DNA of 60,086 bases, filler included, from Nemertoderma westbladi (Eukaryota > Animalia > Xenacoelomorpha), in the NCBI GenBank assembly GCA_032718475.1. It is 3 parts of 3 records of this genome, joined end to end, with 100 filler letters (N's around TTAATTAATTAA, not from the genome) between each part and the next. Parts side by side here need not be neighbours in the genome. Positions count along the whole stretch, not along the records: positions 1 to 18,207 come from JAUCBJ010004511.1; positions 18,308 to 39,542 come from JAUCBJ010005489.1; 1 more part is not named here. One strand, 5' to 3'. Both the position numbers and the translations under genes were made by a program. Of this stretch, positions 12,969-24,675 are shown in pieces. The first letter of the stretch is position 1. Each line of letters opens with the position of its first letter. A model generated the notes under the pieces. That model did not search any database and was not told the DNA's origin. It saw only the letters and a program-made list of their open reading frames with translations.

Positions 12969-15900
12969 TACACAAGGACCAGGAGCTACCTACAGGAGCA
13001 CCTACAGGAACACCATCCCCACCAGGAGCACCATCCCCACCAGGATCACCATCTCCACCAGGAACACCATCCCCACCAGGTACACCATCCCCACCAGGAA
13101 CACCATCTCCACCAGGTACACCATCCCCACCAGGAACACCATCTCCACCAGGTACACCATCCCCACCAGGAACACCATCTCCACCGGGAACACCATCCCC
13201 ACCAGGAACACCATCCCCACCAGGAACACCATCCCCACCAGGAACACCATCCCCACCAGGAACACCATCTCCACCAGGTACACCATCCCCACCAGGAACA
13301 CCATCTCCACCAGGAACACCGTCCCCACCAGGAACACCATCTCCACCAGGAACACCATCCCCACCAGGAACACCATCCCCACCAGGAACACCATCTCCCC
13401 CAGGAACACCATCCCCACCAGGAACACCATCTCCACCAGGAACACCATCCCCACCAGGAACACCATCTCCACCAGGAACACCATCCCCACCAGGAACACC
13501 ATCCCCACCAGGAACACCATCTCCACCAGGTACACCATCCCCACCAGGAACACCATCTCCACCAGGTACACCATCCCCACCAGGAACACCATCTCCACCA
13601 GGAACACCATCCCCACCAGGAACACCATCTCCACCAGGGACACCTCCCACCAGGAACACCATCTCCACCAGGTACACCATCCCCACCAGGAACACCATCT
13701 CCACCAGGAACACCATCCCCACCAGGAACACCATCTCCACCAGGACACCATCCCACCAGGAACACCATCTCCACCAGGACACCATCCCACCAGGAACACC
13801 ATCTCCACCAGGAACACCATCCCCACCAGGAACACCATCTCCACCAGGGACACCATCACCACCAGGAACACCATCTCCACCAGGTACACCATCCCCACCA
13901 GGAACACCATCCCCACCAGGAACACCATCTCCACCAGGAACACCATCCCCACCAGGAACACCATCCCCACCAGGAACACCATCCCCACCAGGAACACCAT
14001 CTCCACCAGGAACACCATCCCCACCAGGAACACCATCCCCACCAGGAACACCATCTCCACCAGGAACACCATCTCCACCAGGAACACCATCTCCACCAGG
14101 AACACCATCCCCACCAGGAACACCATCTCCACCAGGAACACCATCCCCACCAGGAACACCATCCCCACCAGGAACACCATCTCCACCAGGAACACCATCC
14201 CCACCAGGAACACCATCTCCACCAGGAACCCCATCCCCACCAGGAACACCATCTCCACCAGGAACACCATCACCACCAGGAACACCATCCCCACCAGGAA
14301 CACCATCTCCACCAGGAACACCATCTCCACCAGGAACACCGTCTCCACCAGGAACACCTAGCCCACCAGGTACACCATCCCCACCAGGAACACCATCCCC
14401 ACCAGGTACACCATCCCCACCAGGTACACCATCCCCACCAGGAACACCATCTCCACCAGGTACACCATCCCCACCAGGAACACCATCTCCACCAGGTACA
14501 CCATCCCCACCAGGAACACCATCTCCACCAGGTACACCATCCCCACCAGGAACACCATCTCCACCGGGAACACCATCCCCACCAGGAACACCATCCCCAC
14601 CAGGAACACCATCACCACCAGGTACACCATCCCCACCAGGAACACCATCCCCACCAGGAACACCATCTCCACCAGGAACACCATCCCCACCAGGAACACC
14701 ATCTCCACCAGGAACACCATCCCCACCAGGAACACCATCTCCACCAGGAACACCATCTCCACCAGGAACACCATCTCCACCAGGAACACCATCTCCACCA
14801 GGAACACCATCTCCACCAGGTACACCATCCCCACCAGGAACACCATCTCCACCAGGAACACCATCCCCACCAGGAACACCATCTCCACCAGGAACACCAT
14901 CCCCACCAGGAACACCATCTCCACCAGGAACGCCATCCCCACCAGGAACACCATCTCCACCAGGAACACCTAGCCCACCAGGTACACCATCCCCACCAGG
15001 AACTCCATCTCCACCAGGTACACCATCCCCACCAGGAACACCATCTCCACCAGGTACACCATCCCCACCAGGAACACCATCTCCACCAGGTACACCATCC
15101 CCACCAGGAACACCATCTCCACCAGGTACACCATCCCCACCAGGAACACCATCTCCACCGGGAACACCATCCCCACCAGGAACACCATCCCCACCGGGAA
15201 CACCATCCCCACCAGGAACACCATCCCCACCAGGAACACCATCACCACCAGGTACACCATCCCCACCAGGTACACCATCCCCACCAGGAACACCATCCCC
15301 ACCAGGAACACCATCACCACCAGGTACACCATCCCCACCAGGTACACCATCTCCACCAGGAACACCATCCCCCCCAGGAACACCATCTCCACCAGGAACA
15401 CCATCCCCACCAGGAACACCATCTCCACCAGGAACACCATCTCCACCAGGAACACCATCCCCACCAGGAACACCATCTCCACCAGGTACACCATCCCCAC
15501 CAGGAACACCATCCCCACCAGGAACACCATCCCCACCAGGAACACCATCTCCACCAGGTACACCATCCCCACCAGGAACACCATCTCCACCAGGTACACC
15601 ATCCCCACCAGGAACACCATCTCCACCAGGTACACCATCCCCACCAGGAACACCATCTCCACCAGGAACACCATCCCCACCAGGAACACCATCTCCACCA
15701 GGTACACCATCCCCACCAGGAACACCATCCCCACCAGGAACACCATCCCCACCAGGAACACCATCTCCACCAGGTACACCATCCCCACCAGGAACACCAT
15801 CTCCACCAGGAACACCATCCCCACCAGGAACACCATCCCCACCAGGAACACCGTCCCCACCAGGAACACCATCTCCACCAGGTACACCATCCCCACCAGG

Positions 15901-18207
15901 AACACCATCTCCACCAGGAACACCATCCCCACCAGGAACACCATCTCCACCAGGAACACCATCCCCACCAGGAACACCATCTCCACCAGGAACACCATCC
16001 CCACCAGGTACACCATCCCCACCAGGAACACCATCCCCACCAGGTACACCATCACCACCAGGTACACCATCACCACCAGGAACACCATCCTCCACCAGGA
16101 ACACCATCTCCACCAGGTAACACCATCCCCACCAGGAACACCATCTCCACCAGGTACACCATCCCCACCAGGAACACCATCTCCACCAGGTACACCATCC
16201 CCACCAGGAACACCATCCCCACCAGGTACACCATCCCCACCAGGAACACCATCTCCACCAGGAACACCATCACCACCAGGAACACCATCCCCACCAGGAA
16301 CACCATCTCCACCAGGAACACCATCTCCACCAGGAACACCATCTCCACCAGGAACACCATCTCCACCAGGAACACCATCCCCACCAGGAACACCATCTCC
16401 ACCAGGAACCCCATCCCCACCAGGAACACCATCTCCACCAGGAACACCATCCCCACCAGGTACACCATCCCCACCAGGAGACACCATCCCCACCAGGAAC
16501 ACCATCTCCACCAGGTACACCATCCCCACCAGGAACACCATCTCCACCAGGAACCACCATCCCCACCAGGAACACCATCTCCACCAGGAACACCATCCCC
16601 ACCAGGAACACCATCCCCACCAGGAACACCATCCCCACCAGGAACACCATCCCCACCAGGAACACCATCTCCACCAGGAACACCATCTCCACCAGGAACA
16701 CCATCCCCACCAGGAACACCATCCCCACCAGGAACACCATCTCCACCAGGAACACCATCTCCACCAGGAACACCATCTCCCCCAGGAACACCATCTCCAC
16801 CAGGAACACCATCCCCACCAGGTACACCATCCCCACCAGGAACACCATCTCCACCAGGAACACCATCCCCACCAGGAACACCATCTCCACCATCCCCACC
16901 AGGAACACCATCTCCACCAGGGACACCATCCCCACCAGGAACACCATCTCCACCAGGTACACCATCCCCACCAGGAACACCATCTCCACCAGGAACACCA
17001 TCCCCACCAGGAACACCATCTCCACCAGGAACACCATCTCCACCAGGAACACCATCCCCACCAGGAACACCATCTCCACCAGGAACCCCATCCCCACCAG
17101 GAACACCATCTCCACCAGGAACACCATCTCCACCAGGAACACCATCCCCACCAGGAACACCATCTCCACCAGGTACACCATCCCCACCAGGAACACCATC
17201 TCCACCAGGAACACCATCCCCACCAGGAACACCATCTCCACCAGGAACACCTAGCCCACCAGGTACACCATCCCCACCAGGAACACCATCCCCACCAGGT
17301 ACACCATCCCCACCAGGAACACCATCCCCACCAGGAACACCATCTCCACCAGGAACACCATCCCCACCAGGAACACCATCCCCACCAGGTACACCATCCC
17401 CACCAGGAACACCATCTCCACCAGGTACACCATCCCCACCAGGAACACCATCTCCACCAGGTACACCATCTCCACCAGGTACACCATCCCCACCAGGAAC
17501 ACCATCTCCACCAGGTACACCATCCCCACCAGGAACACCATCCCCACCAGGAACACCATCCCCACCAGGAACACCATCCCCACCAGGAACACCATCCCCA
17601 CCAGGAACACCATCCCCACCAGGAACACCATCCCCACCAGGAACACCATCCCCACCAGGAACACCATCTCCACCAGGAACACCATCCCCACCAGGAACAC
17701 CATCCCCACCAGGGACACCATCCCCACCAGGAACACCATCTCCACCAGGAACACCATCCCCACCAGGAACACCATCTCCACCAGGAACCACCTATCCCCA
17801 CCAGGAACACCATCTCCACCAGGAACACCATCCCCACCAGGAACACCATCTCCACCAGGAACACCTAGCCCACCAGGTACACCATCCCCACCCGGAACAC
17901 CAACTCCCACCAGGTACACCATCCCCACCAGGAACACCATCTCCACCAGGAACACCATCCCCACCAGGAACACCATCTCCACCAGGAACACCATCCCCAC
18001 CAGGAACACCATCCCCACCAGGAACACCATCCCCACCAGGAACACCATCTCCACCAGGAACACCATCCCCACCAGGAACACCATCCCCACCAGGAACACC
18101 ATCCCCACCAGGAACACCATCTCCACCAGGAACACCATCCCCACCAGGAACACCATCCCCACCAGGAACACCATCCCCACCAGGAACACCATCTCCACCA
18201 GGAACAC
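12969..18207 (+). repeat. 18-bp tandem array (GGAACACCATCYCCACCA, ~290 units), probable coding exon for a (GTPSPP)n Pro/Ser/Thr-rich protein
   Basis: Unit variants fall mostly at third codon positions of the GTPSPP frame; preceded by acceptor-like TTTTTATTGTAG ending at 12968; a few small indels shift the frame; ends at an assembly gap. Confidence 0.8.
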
Positions 18208-18307
18208 NNNNNNNNNNNNNNNNNNNNNNNNNNNNNNNNNNNNNNNNNNNNTTAATTAATTAANNNNNNNNNNNNNNNNNNNNNNNNNNNNNNNNNNNNN
18301 NNNNNNN
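18208..18307. other. Assembly gap with TTAATTAATTAA linker
   Basis: N-run, TTAATTAATTAA, N-run; same construct at 39543-39642. Confidence 0.97.
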
Positions 18308-19362
18308 CGCATCGTAATGGTACGTATATGGACTGCTTGACCACTGGTCATCCTATTGATTTGCAAGACACGGACGATGTAGACACCGAAAGGGAAATGG
18401 TTTTATTTAAATATCATACCCAGCGGAGTCGAAACGATAAATCGAGAATAGAACACGAGAACTCTATTCGAAATCAGCTCGAAAGAAAGAACGTGGAAGA
18501 AGGCTTGTAAAGACAAATATAGGCGAACCACTGGAGAAGAGACATATGTTAGTGTCCAGGGTCCATAATGTGAATAGTTTTCCCCGGGGCACGGGTGCTC
18601 GCGGGCGGTCTCCTTCGGGAGGCTGTAAATTTCTCTTCCTTCATCGTTTTCCTGTAATTATTGTGATCAGTGTCACAATTAAAAGACAAGAATGAATGAT
18701 GACGTGATGGAAAACTTGTCCATTGTGGTGTCTTATGGATACTACCCTATATCCTTCCTCCTCTTTACTCCCTTCATCGATCGACCAATCATAGTGGTAT
18801 CGTGGTATGGATCATACCTCATCCTAATAAATCTCCTCACCTTCTCTTCCCAACGCGCTCGGAGCTTCGGGAAACGAATACTAAACCTCCCAGCCCTTAC
18901 TGTTCATCTGGATGCTAATATTGGTGTCCGCACCTCCTGTCCATGTCATATTCTGTTGATATTTATGATATCAACTTCCACCCTCTCGTTCTTGATTAGA
19001 TAATCAACCACTTCCTAATTTCCTCAAGTCCACAACCGTGATACAAACAAGGACTGAAAGGACAAGCGGATAGTTTGTGAACAACTGGTACCATTATGTG
19101 TCATAAATCTGGTTGTTCACCTCCCTTTAATGATTGGGGATATAAATCTTATGTAAAACAACTGAGGCAAACATATCTTTGAGCTGATGTTTACCTCATC
19201 GCACTGGGGATAAATTCAGTTGGAGATGGTCCTCGAATGTAACAATCCTCCTACTGAGATCGTATTTCGGAATACTTCTGAATACGACCTAGGTCTCCCC
19301 CTGCTCTCTACCACTACCATCAATGTCACTGTCGGAAAACATATTGGGCATACAACAGGAAT

Positions 19363-21138
19363 ATGGAGAACATTCCATACCCTTTCGTTGATACTCAGTT
19401 GATTGCTCCTTGGGCCGAAGGCCGAGGTTTCTTTCGCACTATGTATGCCAATACACCCAGCGGCATTACTAAAGTACAACGGACATCCATCGGACATCTT
19501 GCCTTTCAAGAATATGGTTGGAATTTCAAAGTTGGAAATCCTATAAATTACCAGCAAGTATATGGAGATCATTACTCTCGTTTATATTTTGATGGACCAT
19601 TAACTGCGCCTGGTGCCGTATATAGCTTTATGAGTGTTCCCCTTCGCCCTTCCTTAGCTATATACACGATCTTTGAAAACGCAGCACTTGCCGGTTGGCT
19701 AGCCGATGTGTGCAGTCGTACCATACGCGCTCACCCGTTAATACTTGGAACTAAACTCGCCAAGTTAGACGAACACAATAAGTTCATACGTTTCGAATGT
19801 TTCCGGCGCTTTCTGACTCCGTTCCGTAACGTCGATAGTCAGTTCAAAGATCGCGCGCTGACCAAGCTCAGTCTTAGAGACTCAGCTGCGGAGAAACTGA
19901 GTAGCGCTGGATTTGCCGTGTTTCAAGACGTTTGTATACAGAACTCACATTCATCTGTTATACAAAGACCCCGAATACCTACAGGTTATTCTGTCGTGGA
20001 AATACAGACAGTGGGTCCACTTACGGAAACCGACGCACCCACTTCGTCTATGCAGCTGGAGGATGAACCAGTATGCTTGGAATCCGAAGCGATTCAACCT
20101 ACGGCTTCTCGGAGCAGTGACAATGATTATGTCATAGAGTGGTATCAAGGTCCACAGCGTCTCACAGCGTACGATTATCGACACGCCAACTACGTTTCCC
20201 GAAAACGTTGTCGATTATGCGCATCGAGAGACCACTTCACTCCTCTAGACTCGAGCGTACCTTGTTCCTATTTCCTCGAACAACCGATGATGGAAATATA
20301 TTGTGCTTATTGCCGGCTTAATAACTCTCATATATTTGCCGTCTGTCCACAATTTATGACTCAATGTCACTACTGCCAACTTAAAGGACACGAAAGTTAC
20401 AATTGTCCCTTTAATCGCGATTTAGAGAGCGTAGACGAGATGATCACCCTGCGATACATCCGAGCTTGGGAAGCGAACGCAGATTTACATTGCGAATCCA
20501 GACATCGCTATTACCCTGGACGAGCTTACGAAGGAGTTTACGCGTTCCATCCTTATCTATTCGCGTCGATTGAACAGAAAACACGCGTACCAAGTTACGA
20601 GTTAATGAAGCGTGTTGGTGAGTGTATTTCCACCAAGTTTGTCAGGAAATACCTGAGAAACGTTAATCCTAATGATATAACCACATATCACCTGATCAAT
20701 TATATCCGTCAGGACCCTGAGTATGGCGACATTTTCGTGAACTCGCATCCTGAACTCCAGGAAGTATCTCGGCGCCCATATGAATATCGAACCCGAGAAC
20801 GCGAGCTGGAGAGAACCATTAAACCGAGAAAGTTCCTCACCACTCACGGTCCACCCACCGCTAGTGTCCAGACGACCCGTCAAGGACCCGTAGGAGCTGC
20901 TGTCCTGAGACGCGCTCTAAAGGCCGTTAGACCTCACTCCCCTGAGGTTGATATTAATCAACCAGGTACTTCGACCGGCGGGTATACCGATCGTAACCCT
21001 GCACCCTCTGATGCAATTATATTGCACCCTTCGCCTAGGAGCTACAGCCCTCCTCGTAAAGTGGCTCGCCCCAAAGAGAAAAGGACTCTTGTTAATCTCA
21101 AGAAACTGCGTAAACGCCGTCCGCGCAAGAAAGACTAA
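19363..21138 (+). CDS. Uninterrupted C-terminal 591 aa of the extra ORF: second half of a DEDDy-like exonuclease, three CCHC-type knuckles, basic tail
   Basis: FVDTQLIA, RTSIGHLAFQEYG and LAIYTIFENAA resemble WRN-type exonuclease C-terminal motifs; CRLCASRDH, CAYCRLNNSHIFAVC and canonical CHYCQLKGHESYNC; ends KKLRKRRPRKKD. Confidence 0.75.
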   Translation: MENIPYPFVDTQLIAPWAEGRGFFRTMYANTPSGITKVQRTSIGHLAFQEYGWNFKVGNPINYQQVYGDHYSRLYFDGPLTAPGAVYSFMSVPLRPSLAIYTIFENAALAGWLADVCSRTIRAHPLILGTKLAKLDEHNKFIRFECFRRFLTPFRNVDSQFKDRALTKLSLRDSAAEKLSSAGFAVFQDVCIQNSHSSVIQRPRIPTGYSVVEIQTVGPLTETDAPTSSMQLEDEPVCLESEAIQPTASRSSDNDYVIEWYQGPQRLTAYDYRHANYVSRKRCRLCASRDHFTPLDSSVPCSYFLEQPMMEIYCAYCRLNNSHIFAVCPQFMTQCHYCQLKGHESYNCPFNRDLESVDEMITLRYIRAWEANADLHCESRHRYYPGRAYEGVYAFHPYLFASIEQKTRVPSYELMKRVGECISTKFVRKYLRNVNPNDITTYHLINYIRQDPEYGDIFVNSHPELQEVSRRPYEYRTRERELERTIKPRKFLTTHGPPTASVQTTRQGPVGAAVLRRALKAVRPHSPEVDINQPGTSTGGYTDRNPAPSDAIILHPSPRSYSPPRKVARPKEKRTLVNLKKLRKRRPRKKD

Positions 21139-21216
21139 CTGTTTAGAGTATTTTTATATTTTAGAAACTGTGATTTTGTATATTTTATAGACTTAAATCC
21201 CATTTTCTGGGAGCGG

Positions 21217-22405
21217 TGTAAAAGCTTTTGTGGGATAACTGATTCGTTTGCCTTGTTGGCCAGTTCCCCCCCAGTCGCTAAGAATACTCTCAAAGTGATC
21301 TATAACTAAAAATAGTGCAAGTTACCAGCTTATTGGCTGATTTGCTGTACGCAGGCATCTGGGCTCTGTTTAATCGGCCAACAAGCCTAGGGAGGTTGCG
21401 TCATAGCCTTGTTTTGTATCTCCCAATAGAATTTGAGTTATCCTTGATTTTGACCTATCACAGAGTACTGAACTGAAAATTTCCTATCTCACTGCTCTTT
21501 CTCTGTGTTGAACGGGAGCTTCGTGGAATAAGGGAGTTGGTATCCTCGTATAGAGCAGTAGTCACGAGCTTTTCAAAGCCACGAAAGAACGGCTTTGTAG
21601 TGTTTTATGCTTTCTGCTTTTTAGCTCAACACTAGGAGGTTTAATTATAAGGACATATATCCTTTAACTGACCTGGCGGCTGACCAAACGCACCTGATGA
21701 CTGATTGATTGTCTTAACTCAAAACAACTGGCACGATTTATCTGTCAATACTGTGTACTGCTATTTGTTGTCGGTTATTCATTATATTTGTTGATGAATT
21801 ATTATATTGGAATAACGAGAAATAACCCCGACACCCAATATTCTTGATATACCGAAGGTAAGAGAGAAAGGTTATCAATAACGATTGTGACTTATGTTAA
21901 AGTGGTTTGAAGTGAATCTAATGTTATTTGATAGACCCTACATGAGTCAGTCTGTGTTCCTTTTATATGTGACTAAAATCAGTGAAGATTGGCAGATTAG
22001 TGTGCAGTATTGTGCAGCATCTGTTAAAGAAGCATTTCCTAAAGAATGTGCCATATATGTGAATTATAATTAAGCCATATCGTTGTGAGTAGTTTAAGTC
22101 ATAACTCTGTTTATATAGATAAAGCGCCACGTCCTAAAGGAACTGTTAATATTCCCGAAGGTAAATAATATTGTCAGAGATTATATAATACTGTCAGTCG
22201 AATAATACATTAAGCTTACATAGCAATAAAATTAAACCGTCGAACCCAATCTCCCGGGAATATCCAGCGGGTGAATGGTCGCGCACGGATTGGTTTCGAC
22301 TAGTGTAGTGAATCAAATACTTGTCATAGGCTAAAAAGCGATTTAATATCTAGAAGACATCTTAATTTGGCGGGTTAAACTGCCAAAGGTCTGAAAGCGC
22401 GAACA
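21217..22405 (+). mobile_element. LTR copy 2 (3' LTR, 1189 bp)
   Basis: TGTAAAAGCTTTTG...AAAGCGCGAACA preceded by GGGAGCGG; homologous to the other two copies. Confidence 0.88.
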
Positions 22406-23477
22406 AGGTTCGTTTAATACCAGCTTGCTGGCTTTCCAGTAAAAAATAACAAAGACAGCTATCCGCCCATTTATTAACCTTATCTACTGTATTTAACATA
22501 ATGTAATGATTAACATAAAAAATTTGATACTCACACACTCTTAACTTATCAATGTGACCCTACCACTCTACCAGTATATATCTGTTTGTAGTAGACTAAA
22601 GGTGTATTTTTTTTATTACAGAAATAAATTGCAGTAATGTTTATAAAGGAACCTTACAACTCCATAAGTTTTTTATTAATGAAAGATATTACAGTAAGTT
22701 TATAAATTGAAAGATTTTATAATTTGAAAAAAGCAGCTTAAAGTATCCAATCATAACCAATCGCAATCACCAATTTCAAGAACATGCTAAAGCTTGAGAG
22801 CTGTAGCGAGACAGGGGGGAAAATGGACGCAAATCCCGCCTTGGCGAATTAATATCCCACATCAATGTTAAATTCTCAATTTAGGGAAAGGAGCAGGTTA
22901 CAGTGGCACGTTATTTCAACCAAAACAATAAACTAAACACAATAGAACAGGTTACAGTTTTATTTTTGAGAGTAATCAGCTGTTATTTGCGTCGAAATTC
23001 CCTTGGAGAGGGATTCATTTTTATTGCATCCAGTCACCCCCCCCCCCCCCCCCCCCCCCCCTTTCTGGCTGTAGCAGGAGAGCAGCGCATATACTATTGA
23101 TTTATATACAATTGATCTGGTACAGGAGGTACTAGTAAGACTAAAAAGGTAAAACTGGAATAATATAAATTCAAATTCCCCGCGGGAGACTTCAGCCTGC
23201 TTGTGTGTGAAAACAGTTCTTGAACTATCCAACTTTACAACATTTGTAAAAAGAAACAATGTTTATAGTTTAAGTAATACTACCGGCATATTACTGTAAA
23301 AAGAAACAATATTTATAGTTGAAGTAATACTACCGGCATATTACATTTAAGTTGATCAATAGGATGACGAATTTAACACCATAACGATACATGGAAGAAA
23401 CTTATTTCACTACCGCCCTGCTGGTAAAAATCAGTAAGGCTTTATGTCTATCACTACGAATGTTATATTCGAGTGGA

Positions 23478-23558
23478 TAGGGTTTACTGTGGAACATCGC
23501 CCATGGTGGTGAACACGCATTCCTTGGCTTGACGAGCCTAAAATATTCTCCCATTCAT
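23478..23558 (+). mobile_element. 3' fragment of the SINE family at 47324-47588
   Basis: GGGTTTACTGTGGAA...CCCATGGTGGTGAAC...GCATTCCTTGGCTT...GAGCCTAAAA...TTCTCCCATTCAT shared with the full copy. Confidence 0.75.
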
Positions 23559-24675
23559 AAGAATGTTCTTTATTTAGTTTCCTACAGTAGCAACTCATAT
23601 TACTTATGTAGAAAAATTATGTTCGGTAAACCACTGAGTCCGGACCTCCCTTACTTGACTTACTTGATTTGTATGGTACAGTAAAGATAGTAGGCCTAGA
23701 GCCGAAAGAGAAACAATTGAAATTCAAATTCCCCGCGGGAGCCATTCAGCAATTAAATCGGCACTCCATAAACCCGCTTGTGTCTCACCCAAGGACTACT
23801 ACTATTGCACTACTGTGTCCGAGTTTGTTCGACCTAGTAGTACTGTAGTAGTAGTAGTAAGATTGTGATACTAGCGACACATGTGATGAATACCAGGTTT
23901 TCACTTTTTGGTCGAAATTTTACATGAAGAATTTGTATTTTTTAAACCTTATATTTATTTATATCGATTATTTCTATTTTTTTACAGCCCTTCTATAGTA
24001 ACCTGGGTAAACTAAACTCGGATATACTTTAATATCATTTTCCTTATAATTTTTCATGCTGCAATTTGGATGGTTAGGGTAAATTTGTTTCCAATGGAAT
24101 AAATGTATTAAAACTCTGGAATATATCTCTTGTTATTGGCGAGATCAGGCGAGCAAAGCAATAAGTCGATCTTTAGTAAATAGTAATAATAAAATTAAAC
24201 CAAAATAAAATATAAATAATATATTATACCCTTTATGACCACCTATTTTTAATGCTTTATTTCCCGTTAACCACGCGGTTTATAATTTGCGAGCGTCAGA
24301 GATCCAGGTTAATATGCGAATATGTCAAGTAAGTCTCAGTAAACTAACTGAGAGTTTCCAATTGTCTCACTAATTAATACTAAGTTTGGGGCCGTCCATA
24401 AATGACGTCACACGGGTAGGGGGTGAAAGATTTCGTGACAAATTGTTGTTTTGTAATGTCACATTGACCAATTTATTTAGATACGAGATCTGAGATACGA
24501 CCACATCCAGTGCCGATAATGGTTGACAACCAAACGCAAACGGCAATAACAACCATTGAGTCCTTAGGAGAATCAGAACTGAATTTGGATTCAACTCAAT
24601 TTATTGTTTTATTTTCATAGATTATACTATACAGTACAAAACAATATATATACCCTTTATACAACTTTTAGCTAT

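Larger units (their letters stand above)
18308..22405 (+). mobile_element. 3' portion of LTR retroelement copy A: rearranged extra ORF, purine tract and 3' LTR
   Basis: 18308-~18505 matches ~52327-52520, 19357-21138 matches ~54591-56390, then a conserved ~78-bp spacer ending in GGGAGCGG (21209-21216) and LTR 21217-22405. Confidence 0.85.

Noticed and set aside
12762-18263. 1833-aa His-rich (HQEHHP)n ORF and the antisense repeat ORFs
   Set aside because: Alternative frames of the 18-bp repeat; variants are non-synonymous in the His-rich frame and its stop comes from the artificial gap linker.
18252-18263. TTAATTAATTAA palindrome inside N-runs
   Set aside because: Assembly linker, repeated identically in the second gap.
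21690-22200. Hammerhead (CTGATGA) or group I intron (TCAGAGATTATA) motifs in the LTR
   Set aside because: CTGATGA is not conserved in the other LTR copies and the partner catalytic elements are missing.
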